Shown here piece after piece: positions 11,610 through 23,944 of a stretch of DNA of 41,711 nucleotides. Each line of letters begins with the position of its first letter. The stretch's first letter is position 1. This DNA is from Chiloscyllium plagiosum (taxonomy: Eukaryota). Under the pieces are notes generated by a model. It searched no databases. It saw nothing but the letters and a program-made list of their open reading frames with translations, and had not been told where the DNA came from. The stretch lies in contig NC_057718.1 of NCBI RefSeq assembly GCF_004010195.1, positions 23,724,532-23,766,242 of the forward strand, written 5' to 3'. Made by a program: the position numbers and the translations under genes.

Positions 11610-11910
11610 GAAAATTTATGGCATTAAAGGAAACCATTCAGCCCACTTTGCCCCTGCCATCCACTAGATATTCTATTCAGTATTATCCCACATTGCTGCT
11701 CTTAGTCTGTAGTCCTTTAGCCCAAGGAAGTCAAAGTGCACATCCAAGGGCATTCTAAATATGTTGTGGGTTTCTGCTTGTACTGACCTTGAGTGAATTC
11801 CATATTCCAAAACTGACTGGCATGAAAAAGTACCCCTCAACTCTGCTCTAATCCTTCCATTGATTACTTCGAATCTGCATCTCAAAATGTCCTTTCTGTG
11901 AATGGAAATA
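11610..11910 (-). mobile_element. CR1 3' tail fragment
   Basis: Minus frame GRIRAELRGTFSCQSV...QAETHNIFRMPLDVH is a degenerate CR1 C-terminus. Confidence 0.6.
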
Positions 11911-12075
11911 GACCTTGATACCCCATTATTTTGTCGTCCTCCTTTTACAATGTGGGTTCAAGCAGTTTTAGTCTAAATGTTGTCCAGGTCTCTCTTGACA
12001 GAGGCTTGGATGGTAACATTATTTGTAGAGCTGTGAATAGAGGGCTCTTATGGTACAGTGGTAGTGTCCATGCCT

Positions 12076-12289
12076 AAAAAGTTCAAAATCGTACAACACC
12101 AGATTATAGTCCAACAGGTTTATTTGAAAGTAGCGCATTCAGAGCGCTGCTCCTTCATTAGGTAGCTGCCTGATGAAGGAGCAGCGCTCCGAAAGCTCGT
12201 ACTTCCAAATAAACCTGTTGGACTATAACTTGATGTTGTGTGATTTTGAACTTTGACAACGCCATCCAACACCAGCACCTCCACATCAT
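12076..12289 (+). mobile_element. PLE-derived palindromic mini-element (family B)
   Basis: aaagttcaaaatc..caacaccagattatagtccaacaggtttatttg is the inverse of caaataaacctgttggactataact..tgttgtgtgattttgaacttt; centre at ~12165. Confidence 0.85.
12166..12201 (+). ncRNA. Minimal hammerhead ribozyme-like motif (family B), core intact
   Basis: tgc-CTGATGA-a-GGAGC-agc-GCTCC-GAAA-GCTC-gta; palindromic AGCT, CUC triplet, 3-bp stem I. Confidence 0.7.
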
Positions 12290-13370
12290 CTGAATCAGAT
12301 GTCCTGGGTCCAAGTCCCATCTGCTTCAGAAGTGTGTAATGACATCTCTGAACAGGTAGATTTGGGAAAATATCTCAAACTGAATATGTCTAAATACCGT
12401 GCAGCCGTCAATGAATATCCTGATTTCTGAACTTTCAGATAGAGGGAAAATGATTGATGGAGCAACTGCAGATAGCTGGACCCATGACATGACGCAGAAA
12501 ATCTCTGCACCAATATACTGGGATTGGAAAAATCGGTCTCCTACAATTGCAATTGAATTTCTTTTTTGCTAAGTACGACTGCAGCCACTGAAGAGGTTTC
12601 CCCCGATTCCCATTGACTTCAGGTTAACTGTGTTTTACAAATTGGTTATATTGACATAAGACTGCAACTTCAACCTTAGCTACTAAAATTGTGCATTTAT
12701 GTATGTCTAGCCATTTATGTCCTCAACCATTAAATTAATTTGCTGCTGTTTGTATCGATCAAGCCCGGGATCTCCTATACCGCATCTGGCATTGCTTGTA
12801 CAGCAGTTACACCCTGTCTTATCCCTCTCTCTATATATATTTAAGGACACACAAAAAATGCTGGGTCAGCCAGCAAGGCCTACACCCGTGAATGAGTAAA
12901 TGAGAAAATCTGATATGCAATCAACTATGTTTAAACGACTTACCTGAATGCAAATACAAATTCAATGAAAACTGCTCATATTAATTACTCAGGTGGCATG
13001 AAGTAGAAACCTCCATGAGAGAAAGGCGATTAAAAGTGAAGCTGTTCAACCTGGGAAAAGAACAAGTGATTGGATTGAATAAACACATATGATAGGAGCA
13101 GGGTTTGGAATAATCAAAACTTAAACAAATTGGCAGTAAAATATCAGAAGGTTGTTCCCTTGAGTTTGTTTCTCTTGCCAAGATAAAGTTTGAGACACCA
13201 TTCAGATTCATAAAACAATATAAACACCAGGAAGTCAGTCATTACAGCACAGAATTTGGCCATTCAGTCCATCATTTCTCAGTCAACTCTGTAGAACAAT
13301 CCAGTCAGTCATTGCCCAAACCATTGCTCTTCAATATTATTTCCGCGAATTCCTACCCAATTCTCTTTCT

Positions 13371-13991
13371 TTATGGACCAGACCAAATGCCTTCCAAACG
13401 TATTGAGGAGATAACCTAGATCTGAACTTTTATCTTATTTCAATGCTAGGGTAAGGCCCTGTGTTCCAGATGTGATGCAGTTGGTCAAACTACTAGGCTT
13501 TAAACAAAACAGACTTCATTCTTACATCACAGTTCAAATACAAACAGAAAAAGAATTGGAATAACTTTACTGCTATTGAAATACTTAATAAAAAAATGAA
13601 CTACTATTTATCAACTTTTCCATTATAGCAGCACCCCTTAAATGTATCCTTTGCAAAAACAAATTCAGCAGAACAGACTTCCCTCAGCTGCAAATGTCTA
13701 CAGTCCAGCGGAATGATATACCAAAAGAATTAATCTAGCAGGAAAGAGGGAATTCAAGCTTTTGCAGCAGCAGCAGAGAGAGCTGTATTTCACAGCTTCC
13801 ACTCATAACCCCAACTTCAACAATGGAAAGCAACTTGTGTGACTCTGCCTCCATCCACTCATGCTGCTTTTGTCTACTTTAAAAAAACCCAAAGCTTTCC
13901 ACACAGCAGACACCTCGGCACCAGATTTATAACATTTGTCTTCAAGAGATACAGGACAGAACAAATCTTTCTTTAAAAACGTGTCTCACCA
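13371..13991. mobile_element. Second copy of the solo-LTR-like repeat seen at 2477-3443
   Basis: ttatggaccagacc...ggagataacctaga...ttccagatgtgat...ccactcatgctgcttttg...; inserted in inverted CR1 remnants (~13230-14760). Confidence 0.6.
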
Positions 13992-14949
13992 TACTTTTGA
14001 GAACATTGATCATATCTGCTTCCATCACAATTGTAGGCAACATGTGTCAGGTCATCACCACTCACTGAATTCAAAAAGATGCTTCTTGACAACCCACTAC
14101 ATTCTAACCAAAAACCTTACTTTTTTTTTAAGATTACATGCAGTGTGTAAACTTAGTCTTTGTACAAAAGCTAATGGGAACAGATACTTGCTTGTCCATC
14201 TTATCTAAAACTGTGATAACTTTGTATCAAATCTCCCATCATTATCCTATGTTCCAAGAGCAATCCCAGCTTCGTCAGCCTAATCTTGCAGATAGAATCC
14301 TTCAGATCTGGAACCATTCTGATAAATCACTTCTGTGTCTTATCAAAGATCCCACTAAAGTGTTGTGACTGGAGCTAGATACAGTAATCTAATTTGAGAT
14401 TTATAAAGCTCATTACTTCACTGGTTATGTACTCAACACATCTATTCATTTATAACTCCTATGCGTTGTTAATTTGTCTCTCAATATGGACTGCCACCTC
14501 CATGGATCAACATTAATGAATACCAAATTCCCTTTGTCCCTACACACTCTATAGCTCTGAGGGATGATGTTTGTACTGCTTCTCACTATCACTTTGCTAA
14601 AATGAATCAATTTGTACTTCTGTGTTAAATTTTATATGCCATTTGGGTGCCCATTCATCTCAACTATCGATGTCCTGGATAAGCAGCTCTGTATCATTCT
14701 CACTGTTTGCCACTCCTCCAAGTTTGGTATCATTGAGCAGCTTTTGAAATAATGTTCTATAACTAGGATTTTATGCAGAAGCATGTCCTATGGCCAAAAA
14801 TTATTTTATGCCCATCATTTTGCAATCTCTCTGATAACTTTCTCTGCTGCTAAAGAAGATTGGATTATTATTGTAAGCACTTATGTCATCTCCACCCCTA
14901 CTTGGTTCAGTAACCTGTATACATGCCATCTGACCCAGGTGACTTGTAG

Positions 14950-17250
14950 TCATAGAGTCATACAGCACAGAAACAGACACTTCACCCAACTCATCCATGC
15001 TGACCAGGTCTTCTAACATGATCCAGTCCCATTTACCTGCATTTGTCTCATATTCTTCTGAATGTTTCCACGTCATATACCCATCCAAATGACTTTTTAT
15101 TATTGTAAGTGTACTGGTCTCGACCACTTCCTCTGGCAGCTCATTCCGTATAGACACAACACTCCATGTGAAAATGTTGCCCCTCAGGTCCCTTTTAAAT
15201 CGTGCCCCCCTCTCCTTAAACCTATGCCTTCTAGTATTGGACTCCCCTACCCTGGGGAAGAGACCTTGGCTATTCATATTATTATGCCCCTCACGATTTT
15301 ATATGCTCCTTTTGAGAAAACGTTTCAGCCTATCCAACCACTGTAAAACGTACAGTGTAAATCAATGTAAATAACGTACATGTAAATCAATGTAACACGT
15401 TTTTGCATCCTTTCCAACAAGATCCTTCCTATAGTAGGGCATCCAGAATTTGACACTGTGCTCCAAATGTGGCCTAACTAATGTCTCGTACAGCTGTAAC
15501 ATGAGACCCCAACTCCTGTACTCAATAAGACAAGAAAAAACTGCAGATGTTGCAATCCAGAGCAGGCAAACATGAGGCTGAAAGAACACAGCAAGCCAGG
15601 TAGCATCAGGAGGTAGAGAAGTCGATGTTTTGGGTATAACCCTTCTTGTCCTGAAGAAGGGTTAATACCCAAAACATTGTCTTCTCCAACTCCTGATGCG
15701 GCCTAACTTGCTGTGTTCTTCCAGCCTCCTGTTTGTTCCTGTATTCAATGCTCTAATCGATGAAGGCAAGCATACCAAACGTTTTCTTCACCGCCCTGTG
15801 CACCTATGAAGCCACTTTCAAAGAACTGTGTACCTTCAGCCCTAAGTCTATCTGATCAACAGCACTACCCAAGGGCCCTACCATTACCTGTGTAAGTCCT
15901 GCCCTGGTTTCTCTTACCAAAATCCAACATCTCGCAGTAATCTAAACTGAATTCCATCTGCCATACCTCAGTTGATCAAGATCTCTTTGTACTCTTAGAT
16001 AACCTTTGTCACTGTCCCATATACCACCAATTTTGGTGTCATCCACAAACTTGCTAACAATGCTTCTTATATTCTCATCCAAATCATGGATGAATAACAG
16101 TAGACCCAGCACAGATCTTTGCAGCATATTGCTGTTCACAGGCCTCCAGTCTGAAAAGCAGTCCTTCACCACCACCACCCTCTATCTCCTACCTTCAAGT
16201 CAATTTTGTATCCAGCTGGCTAGTTATCCTTGTATTCATGTAATCTAAACTTGCTAACTTATCTACCATGTGGAACATTGTCAAATGCCCTGCTGAAAAA
16301 AACATGATGAGGTGACCAAGGAGATAGATGAAGGCAGAGTGGTAGACGTTGTCTATATGGATTTCAGCATGGTTTCCCATGCAGAAAGCCATGTTGATTA
16401 TTCCTAATCAACCCCTTTCCAAATGCATGTAGATCTGTCTCTCAGAATCCCCTCCAAAAACTGTCTGTAGTTCCCTGGCTTTTCCTTGCAGCCTTTCTTA
16501 AATAATGGCACAAATTTAGCCACCCTCCAGTCTTCTGGCACCTCACCAATGGCTGTCAATGTCACAAACATTTCTGCTAGGTACCCCACAATTTCTTCCA
16601 TAGCTTCCTGCAATGTCCTGGGGTTTATCTACCTTTATGTATTTTAGGACATCCAGCACCTCCTATTCGGAAATGTGGACTCTTTTCAAGCTATCACTAT
16701 TTATTTCCCCGAGTTCCCTAGCTTCCATGTTTTTCTCTACAGTAAACACTGACGTGAAATATTCATTTAGATTTTCACTCTCATCTCCTGTGGTTCCACA
16801 TGTAGGCTTTAGGGGGCCCTATTTTCTCCCTAGTTACTCTTTTGCCCTAACTATAGTTGTAGAATCTCTGTGAATTCTCCTGAACCTTACCTACCAAAGC
16901 TACCTCTTGTCCCTTTTTTACCCTCCTGATTTCCCTTTTAAGTGTCCTCCAAAAGAGATTCACTTGATCCCAGCTGTCTATATCTGACAAATCCCTCTTC
17001 TTTCTTGACACGAGCCTCAATATCTCTAGTCATTTAGTGTTCCCCATTCCTGCCAGCCTTGCCTGTCATACTAACAGGTACAGGCTGTTCCTGAATTCTC
17101 ATTATCTCGCTTTCGAAAGCCTCCCACTGGCCAGATCTCCTCTAACCTGCAAGCAGCTTCCCCCAATAAGTGTTTGAAAGTTCCTGTCTAATACCATCAA
17201 AATTGGCCTTGCCCCAATTTAATACTTTAACTTGTGGACCAGATCTATCC
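14950..17250 (-). mobile_element. CR1 LINE, ~2.3 kb 5'-truncated, degenerate RT
   Basis: GEVPEDWRVAKFVPLFKKGCKEKPGNYR; QRSVLGLLLF...SKFVDDTKIGG; LYETLVRPHLEHSVKFWMPYYRKD; RDLRGNIFTWSVV; 3' tail at ~14950. Confidence 0.93.
15527..15736 (-). mobile_element. PLE-derived palindromic mini-element (family A-related) nested in CR1
   Basis: Inverted arms around acccttcttgtcCTGAAGAagggt; TSD tcctgta(c/t)tcaat at 15514-15526 and 15737-15749. Confidence 0.8.
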
Positions 17251-17569
17251 AGTCTAGGCATGGCCATCCTATGTATTGCCTTTACCATCTCGACCTTTAT
17301 CAGTATTTTGTTAGTATTGAGTAAACACTGACAAAAAGTATGAATAAATTATTCTAGCCCTGTCCTGTTCTGTTTTTTGAGCACGTATCACCCTCTAACT
17401 CTGCAACTAGAATGCACTTTGCCATTTCGACCCATGTGCATGTCAAAAGAAGATTTCTGTGTTGCCTTTTATGTTCACTGCCATTCTATTTTAGTCAGTG
17501 TCCTTTGCTTGCCTTATTTTTGTTCAAACTCTTTAATTCTGGCCATTTGTTCAATCGAAATTATGATTG

Positions 17570-18722
17570 CTCCAAATGAATTTTTTGCTTCAGTTTTCAC
17601 TAAGGAAAGGGACCTTGTTGTGAATGAGAATTTTGAGGAGCTAGGATACAGGCTTGACCAGATCAAGATCGATGAAGTTGATGTGCTGGAAATTTTGGAA
17701 AATATTAAGATTGATAAGTTCCCAGGAGCAGACCAGATTTATCCGCGGCTGTTCTGGGAAGCGAGAAAGGAGATTGCTAATCCACTGGCAAAGATCTTTG
17801 CCTCCTCACTCTCCATGGGAGTCGTACCCAAGGGTTGGAAGGAGGCGAGTGTTGTTCCTCTTTTCAAGAAGGGTAATAGGGAAATCCCTGGCAATTGCAG
17901 ACCAGTCAGTCTTACGTCTGTGGTCAGCAAAGTTTTGGAAAGCATTCTGAGGGATAGGATTTATGACTATTTGGCAAAGCATAGCATGATTAAAGGCAGT
18001 CAGCATGGCTTCGAGAGGGGCAGTCATGCCTCACAAATCATATTGAGTTCTTTGAGGAGGTAACAAGATCCCTCAAAGTGGATAGGGTTGTTAAGAAAGC
18101 ATATGGTGTTTTGGCTTTCATTAATGGGGGATCGAGTTTAAGAGCCGCAAGATTTTGCTACAGCTCTACAAGTCCCTGGTGAGACCACACTTAGAATATT
18201 GTGTCCAGTTCTGGTCGCCCTACTATAGGAAAGATACAGAGGCTTTGGAGAGGGTGCAAAGGAGGTTTACCAGGATGCTGCCTGGACTGGAGGGCTTGCC
18301 TTATGAAGAAAGGTTGAATAAGCTCGGACTTTTGTCTTTGGAGAGAAGGAGGAGGAGAGGTGACCTGATCAAGGTATACAAGATAATGAGAGGAATAGAT
18401 AGAGTCATTAGCCAGAGACCTTTGCCCAGGGCAGGATTGACTGGTACAAGGGGTCACAGATTTAAGATATTAGGAGAAACGTATAGAGGGGACGTCAGAG
18501 GAAGGTTCTTTACACAGAGAGTTGTGAATGCATGGAATGCGCTGCCAGCGTTGGTGGTGGAAGCAGAGTCACTGGGGACATTTAAGCGACTGCTGGACAT
18601 GCACATGGATAGCAGTGAGTTGAGAGGTGCGTAGATTAAGTTATTATATTTTACATTAGGATTAAACCTCAGCACATCGTGGGCCAAAGGGCCTGTTCGA
18701 TGCTGTACTTTTCTATGTTTTA
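17570..18722 (+). mobile_element. CR1 LINE with internal deletion of the RT catalytic core
   Basis: KFPGADQIYPRLFWEARKEIA...PGNCRPVSLTSVVSKVLE...SQHGF jumps at ~18066 to LQLYKSLVRPHLEYCVQFWSPYYRKD...; tail gggccaaagggcctgtt. Confidence 0.93.
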
Positions 18723-20214
18723 TTGACCGCCATGCCTTCAATTACCCAGGCTCTCAAATTCCCACTTTACGACTTCCCAATTTCACTTTCCTCTTTGAAG
18801 ACACACCTTAAAATCTGTCCCCTTAATTAAATTTATGATAATTCGACTTAGTATCTCTGTCTGAGGCTCAATGTCACATTTTGTTTTATAATCCTACTTT
18901 GTCGTGCTTTCAAACCATTTCATTGATATAAAGGTAAGTTGTGATTGTTGATGTGTTGAAAACATGGCTAGAACTTACCATTTACAAAGGTAACCATGTT
19001 TGATGGACTGATTGGAAACTTGCAGCACTACCTCAGAAACCATGTTTTATGGCTTATATTCTCTCAATGACTCCTCCTAGCTTTCCAACATTTTGGACAT
19101 ACAGTAGCAACAACAAATAATATTTTTTTGTATCGGTCCTTTTCACAAAGTAAAGCATTCAAGGAACCTATTAAGGGTATGATATCAAAGGGGTTTTAAT
19201 GCCAAGAAATCAGGAGTTACTAGAACAGCTGAAAACTTATTCAAAGAGGTGAGTTTAAACAGTAGTTAGGGAGGTGTAGAGGTTTAAGGCTTCCAGTGTT
19301 TAGAGTCTTGGCAACTGAAGACACAGTCATCAATGATGGAGCAGGTAACATGGAGGATATGCAGGACTTTAGAATTTGAGGAATGCAGATATCTTGGGGA
19401 GTTGTAGGTCTGGAGGAGGTTACAGTGATAGAGAGAGGTGAGGCTATGGAAAGATTTGAAAACAAGGAAGAGAATTTTAAAACTGAGAGATTGTCAGATG
19501 TAAAATCACACACATTATGAAACTGTAGCTGAAGTTATGAGTAATAAAACAAATGTCAGATCTAAATAAGGAGAAATAATGCATCACTGGGCGACTACAC
19601 AAACACTTCAATGTTTATTGATCTCATAAACAAAGGAACCTTACATTTTGTCACAGCAATCTCTTTGGCTTCCAAACCAGTAAATGTTCCAAATCTGCTG
19701 CCAGCCCGAAAAGATACTTTAGACCCAGAAATAATGCGTTGCCATTGGGAGGTTGCAATAGGATTGCATGTAATTGCCCTTCTAATTGTCATTTGCTGCT
19801 CCTACTGACCACCCTCACCATTGTCCTTCCAATGGCTGCCATTAGTTTTAGATATTTGCCCTTAAAGAAGTTTTTTCACCTCATAAATCGACCTGCACAT
19901 ATTCCCTAAAGGTTCAGTTAATGGTCAGTTTTGTTGATATTCCTAATTTCTTTTGCAGTTTACTCAGTTTAACCTCCACAATGTAATCAGTGCGCCCTTG
20001 CAGCTGAATCTTCAGCCTATCTTTTAGTGTAACAGACCCTGGTATGATTGCTGATTGGAAACAACAGTAATCCACTAAAGTGAACATCATAAACTAGCTT
20101 GATGATAATCCTAGAAACATGCCATCAGGCTGTCAAACATCTGGCTGAAAATAAAACATTTACATTAGCAGTTCTACACAAGGGGACTGCCGGATTGTTT
20201 CATAAGATATTTTC

Positions 20215-20650
20215 ACAGATGTGAGCATCATCTGTTAGGCCAATATTTATTGCCCATCCCTAACGCCTCTTGAGAAGCTGGTCATGAGCTAACTTCTTGG
20301 CTTCTCCCGTTCCAGGATTCCATCCCAATGACACTAAAGGAGTGACAGTATAGTTCCATGGCAGGATGGAGAGTGTGACTTGGAAAGGAACTTGCAGGTG
20401 GTGGCACTCTCATGCAGCTTCTATCTTTGTGCTGGAGGTCATGGATTTGGAAGGCATTGTCAAAGGAGCCTTGGTAGGTTGCTACAATGTGTCTTGTAGA
20501 TGGTGTGTGCTACTGCCTCTCTGCGTCAATCTTGGAGGTTGTGAATGTTGAAGATAATGGACGGAGTGCCAACCAAGTGGACTGCTTTGACCTGGATGGC
20601 ATCAGTCTTCTTGAATGCTGTTGGAAGTGCACCCAACCAGGAAGTGGACA
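20215..20650 (-). mobile_element. 3' fragment of the second LINE family
   Basis: gatgtgagcatc...ggccaatatttattgcccatccctaacgcctcttgagaag resembles 1840-1900/2228-2270; minus frame PGWVHFQQHSRRLMPSRSKQ. Confidence 0.6.
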
Positions 20651-21414
20651 CATGAGTAAAACAATAAGCAGAGGGATCTGACATAAGGCTAAATGTACAA
20701 ATGAGTTGATTTGCCTCAATAGCACAAAGTCTCTTTATATGACATAGTTAGATTCAACTAGCAGATGATGCTGAGTGCTCAAACTCTTGACTGGCAACAC
20801 GTTCAGTTCTGGTAAGCTTCGGCTTTTAAAACTGTTGTCTTTTATAGGCCATTACTGCTGCTGCTTAGAATAAATCCATGTACCAGGCTGTTTACTGTCA
20901 AAGAAAGAAATTGTCGCCAGGGCCATTGGTTTACAATAACTGAGGCAGACTGATTTTTTTTTATTAGATGGGATTATGGAATTTTTACTTGCCATTTGCA
21001 GCTAGTAATCTGCAAATCCATTTTTCCATGAACACTGTAATTCAAACATTTGATCGTCATGAAACAAAAATGACAATACTTTCTTGAGGGAAGTATTAAA
21101 GATATTATTTCTCAACAAAACTCTGTGAAATTATATCCGATCTGTAAACAGTGCTTGTAGTTGGATGAACAGCTCTTCAACTTAAAACAAAATCTCCATT
21201 TTCTGCAGGCCATGGGAGTAAGCCAAGAGTTGCCAAGAACGTATTTTAAGGCACATAGCATGACCCTGAAATCAAGTTGACAGCACTAGCTGTCTTTTTT
21301 TTTAAAAATCATACATAAAGTGGAAATAAATTCCAAGTGACAGATCCACAGATCAGCCATTCAATGTTTAAAGAAATTCCTGGGGTATTAGACTGCTGAA
21401 TTGGATATAAGAAC

Positions 21415-21740
21415 ATATGAAACATAGGAGTAGGTGTAATCCATTCAGACTCCTTTAACCTGCTCCAACATTCCATAAGAACATCACTGATCTGATTATG
21501 GTCATAACTCCACTTTCATGTCTGCTGTATACCAAACCCTCCCCCAAGTCCCAACAACCCTCAACATCATAACCATTGACTCCCTCATACATTAAAGAAA
21601 AATCTTTCAAACTCAGCCTTGAATATATTCAGTTCACTGTGTGTCTGGGATAGAGAATGCCAAAGATTAAGAGCACCTTGAAGAAATTCTTCCTTATCTG
21701 TTTTTAAATGGGGGGACCCCTTATTTTTTAAAATTATAAG
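21415..21740 (-). mobile_element. CR1 3' tail fragment
   Basis: ataagaacatatgaaacataggagtaggtgtaatccattcag...gatagagaatgccaaagatt...gaagaaattcttccttatc, inverted CR1 end. Confidence 0.7.
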
Positions 21741-22399
21741 TGCCTTTATCAAGTAAACACCCTTTTGTTTGCTTTGGAGAACGGGATGGAATTTCTCCTG
21801 ACATTGAGTGCGAAAAGGAATTTCCCACTTGGACCTGTTTATTTTTCCCTGTGGTTAGAGTTAAGTATATTGTCTCCATTGCCACACCCTGATTTCCAGG
21901 CAGGCAGAGATTCTGTAAAGATGGGTACCATAGTGTTGGGCCATGCCTATCAACTTTGAACCTACTGTGATATTTTACCAGAGGAGGGGGAAGCATCATG
22001 TGGCCTGCTCACCCTTAGGTCTTTTGAGATCTTTCTCTGCCAAAGTAACAACCACTTAAGGTCCTCCTCCCTACGTCACTGATATTTGACCAGCAATGGG
22101 ATGTGTCCATGCTACATGGTGGGAATGGCAGGTGAAAGACCAGACAGCATCTTTCACCAAGTTGATAGTCCTCCAAGTGCAGTCGATGTTTGGCTCAGCA
22201 GACAGCCTTTTGTGGATTGAGGGGAAGGGTATCCTTCCTGTTCACCTCATGGCCAACAGAGTCTATGTCCAGAATAAACACTACCATCAAAGGTAAATTG
22301 GCTGGCCTGTAATTGCTGCAATTATTCTGACAACCTTTCTTCTTCGAGACTGTAACGTTTGCCATTGAACAAGACTATAATGTTTGCAACTGAATAAGG

Positions 22400-22610
22400 C
22401 TGTCGTGTTTGCAATTTCCACCTATCCAGTACCAAATGTTACATAAGCAGACTGACAATTTGGAAGCATTGGGGTGATCAAAGGAAGTAGTAGTGAGGGA
22501 GAACTGGGTGTAACCAACATACATGGGGAAATTGATACCGTGCTTTCTGATGAAGGCAGCACATGGCTGAGAAATAAGAAAGGGCCAAAGATAAACCAAA
22601 GGTTATAGTG
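22400..22610 (-). mobile_element. L2 RT fragment
   Basis: PFLISQPCAAFIRKHGINFPMYVGYTQFSLT resembles L2 'PLGxIIRxHGxxFHxYADDTQLYL'. Confidence 0.65.
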
Positions 22611-23509
22611 CAGGAACAGGAACAGAGGAGATTGCAACGGATTCTCAGATTACAGTAAATTAAATAGTGCCCTGCTGGATGGTGTTGGAGAGGCATTAGA
22701 GAAGGAATACAAACAACACAGTAACAAGGTATTAATTGATTGGAATCATGAACTGATGATTCAGTTTCCATCTGGAAATATATTTTGCTTGTTTATCACA
22801 GTTAAGCAAATTTTGTGCCAAATTACAGGAAGTATACATATTTTTTAAAAACTGAGATATAAATTCATATGACAAGCTGTATTAGAGAAAGCATCTGAGA
22901 CCTGAAAGTTTCCTAGGTTCAGCTGGATCTGGCAAGCCTGGTGTATGCATGTGGCAACCGACGCAAGTGAATTTGACCATCAGCAAGTCTGACAGACTTG
23001 GAGTTTTTAATGACAGTCCCACATGGAAAGTCTGATCATTCAGTTCACCAGTTAGTAAGAGAGTTAACCACAGAATATCCCAAAGAATGAAATCACTTCA
23101 GCTTTTCTGCAACTTTTCTCTGGACTCAGTGGCTTACAGTTTGGATTGCACCCAAAGGACTGGAGACAAATCAATTTGGGGCCAATTAGGCAGTTCATTG
23201 ACCTTACTTGAGAGCAGAGACAATGGATTGTGGAGCTGGGAGGGAGTAGGTTCAGTGAAAAACAATTAACGTACCTCCCTTTAAGGACTAAAGGATTGAC
23301 TATTGAGAGCCTGATGAATTTAATTTGCATATGGAAAGCCATGGGCCAAATGCCAGGCTTACACATCCTAATGCTCAATTGAGTCATTGTAACTGCTAAT
23401 GACAGCAATCTTAGCACAGGAAAGCTATATGTATACACACAGAGTACTATTCTGGACACTTAGAGGCACCCATTTCATAAGATTATCATATAAAGCAAAA
23501 CTAGGTTGA

Positions 23510-23900
23510 CTAAATTTGTGTTCTCTTGAGAGGACATTACATTGTACAAAGTATAATGTTCTGACAGGGCTTGAATAGACTGGATGCATGGATGGTATTC
23601 ACCCTAGCTAGAATAGGGGAAGGGTCTATAGCAAGGGTCACACTGTCCAGATACAGGGTATACCATTTAGGTCTGAGATAAGGAGATATCTTCACTCAGA
23701 TGGCGGTCACCCTGTGGAATTCTCTACCACTTAAGACAGCGGAGGCCTATTCACTGACTATTTTTATGAAATATACCATGTTCTAAACACTAGAGATATC
23801 AAGGTGCATTGGGAGAGATTGGGAGAATGGTATTGAGATAGAGGATGAGTCATGATCATATTAATTTGCAGAATGGCCTATTCTAGCCCCTATTTTCTGT
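23510..23900 (+). mobile_element. CR1 3' tail fragment
   Basis: ttctcttgagaggac...gggtcacac...ttcactcagatggcggtcaccctgtggaattctctacc...catgatcatatt...gaatggcctattct. Confidence 0.75.
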
Positions 23901-23944
23901 GGGTGGTATCTTGTAGGAGTCTGACTTGGATTGTCATGAGACAT

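Larger units (their letters stand above)
12041..12375 (+). mobile_element. tRNA-head SINE interrupted by a PLE palindrome
   Basis: cttatggtacagtggtagtgtccatgcct | ctgaatcagatgtcctgggtccaagtcccatctgcttcagaag joins seamlessly across the insert. Confidence 0.65.

Noticed and set aside
17377..18634. 228-aa and 159-aa ORFs as a host gene
   Set aside because: These are CR1 ORF2 fragments with a frameshift and internal deletion.
18973..19045. Minus-strand donor TG|GTAAGT with upstream ATGs
   Set aside because: No acceptor or promoter evidence; lies between L2 remnants.
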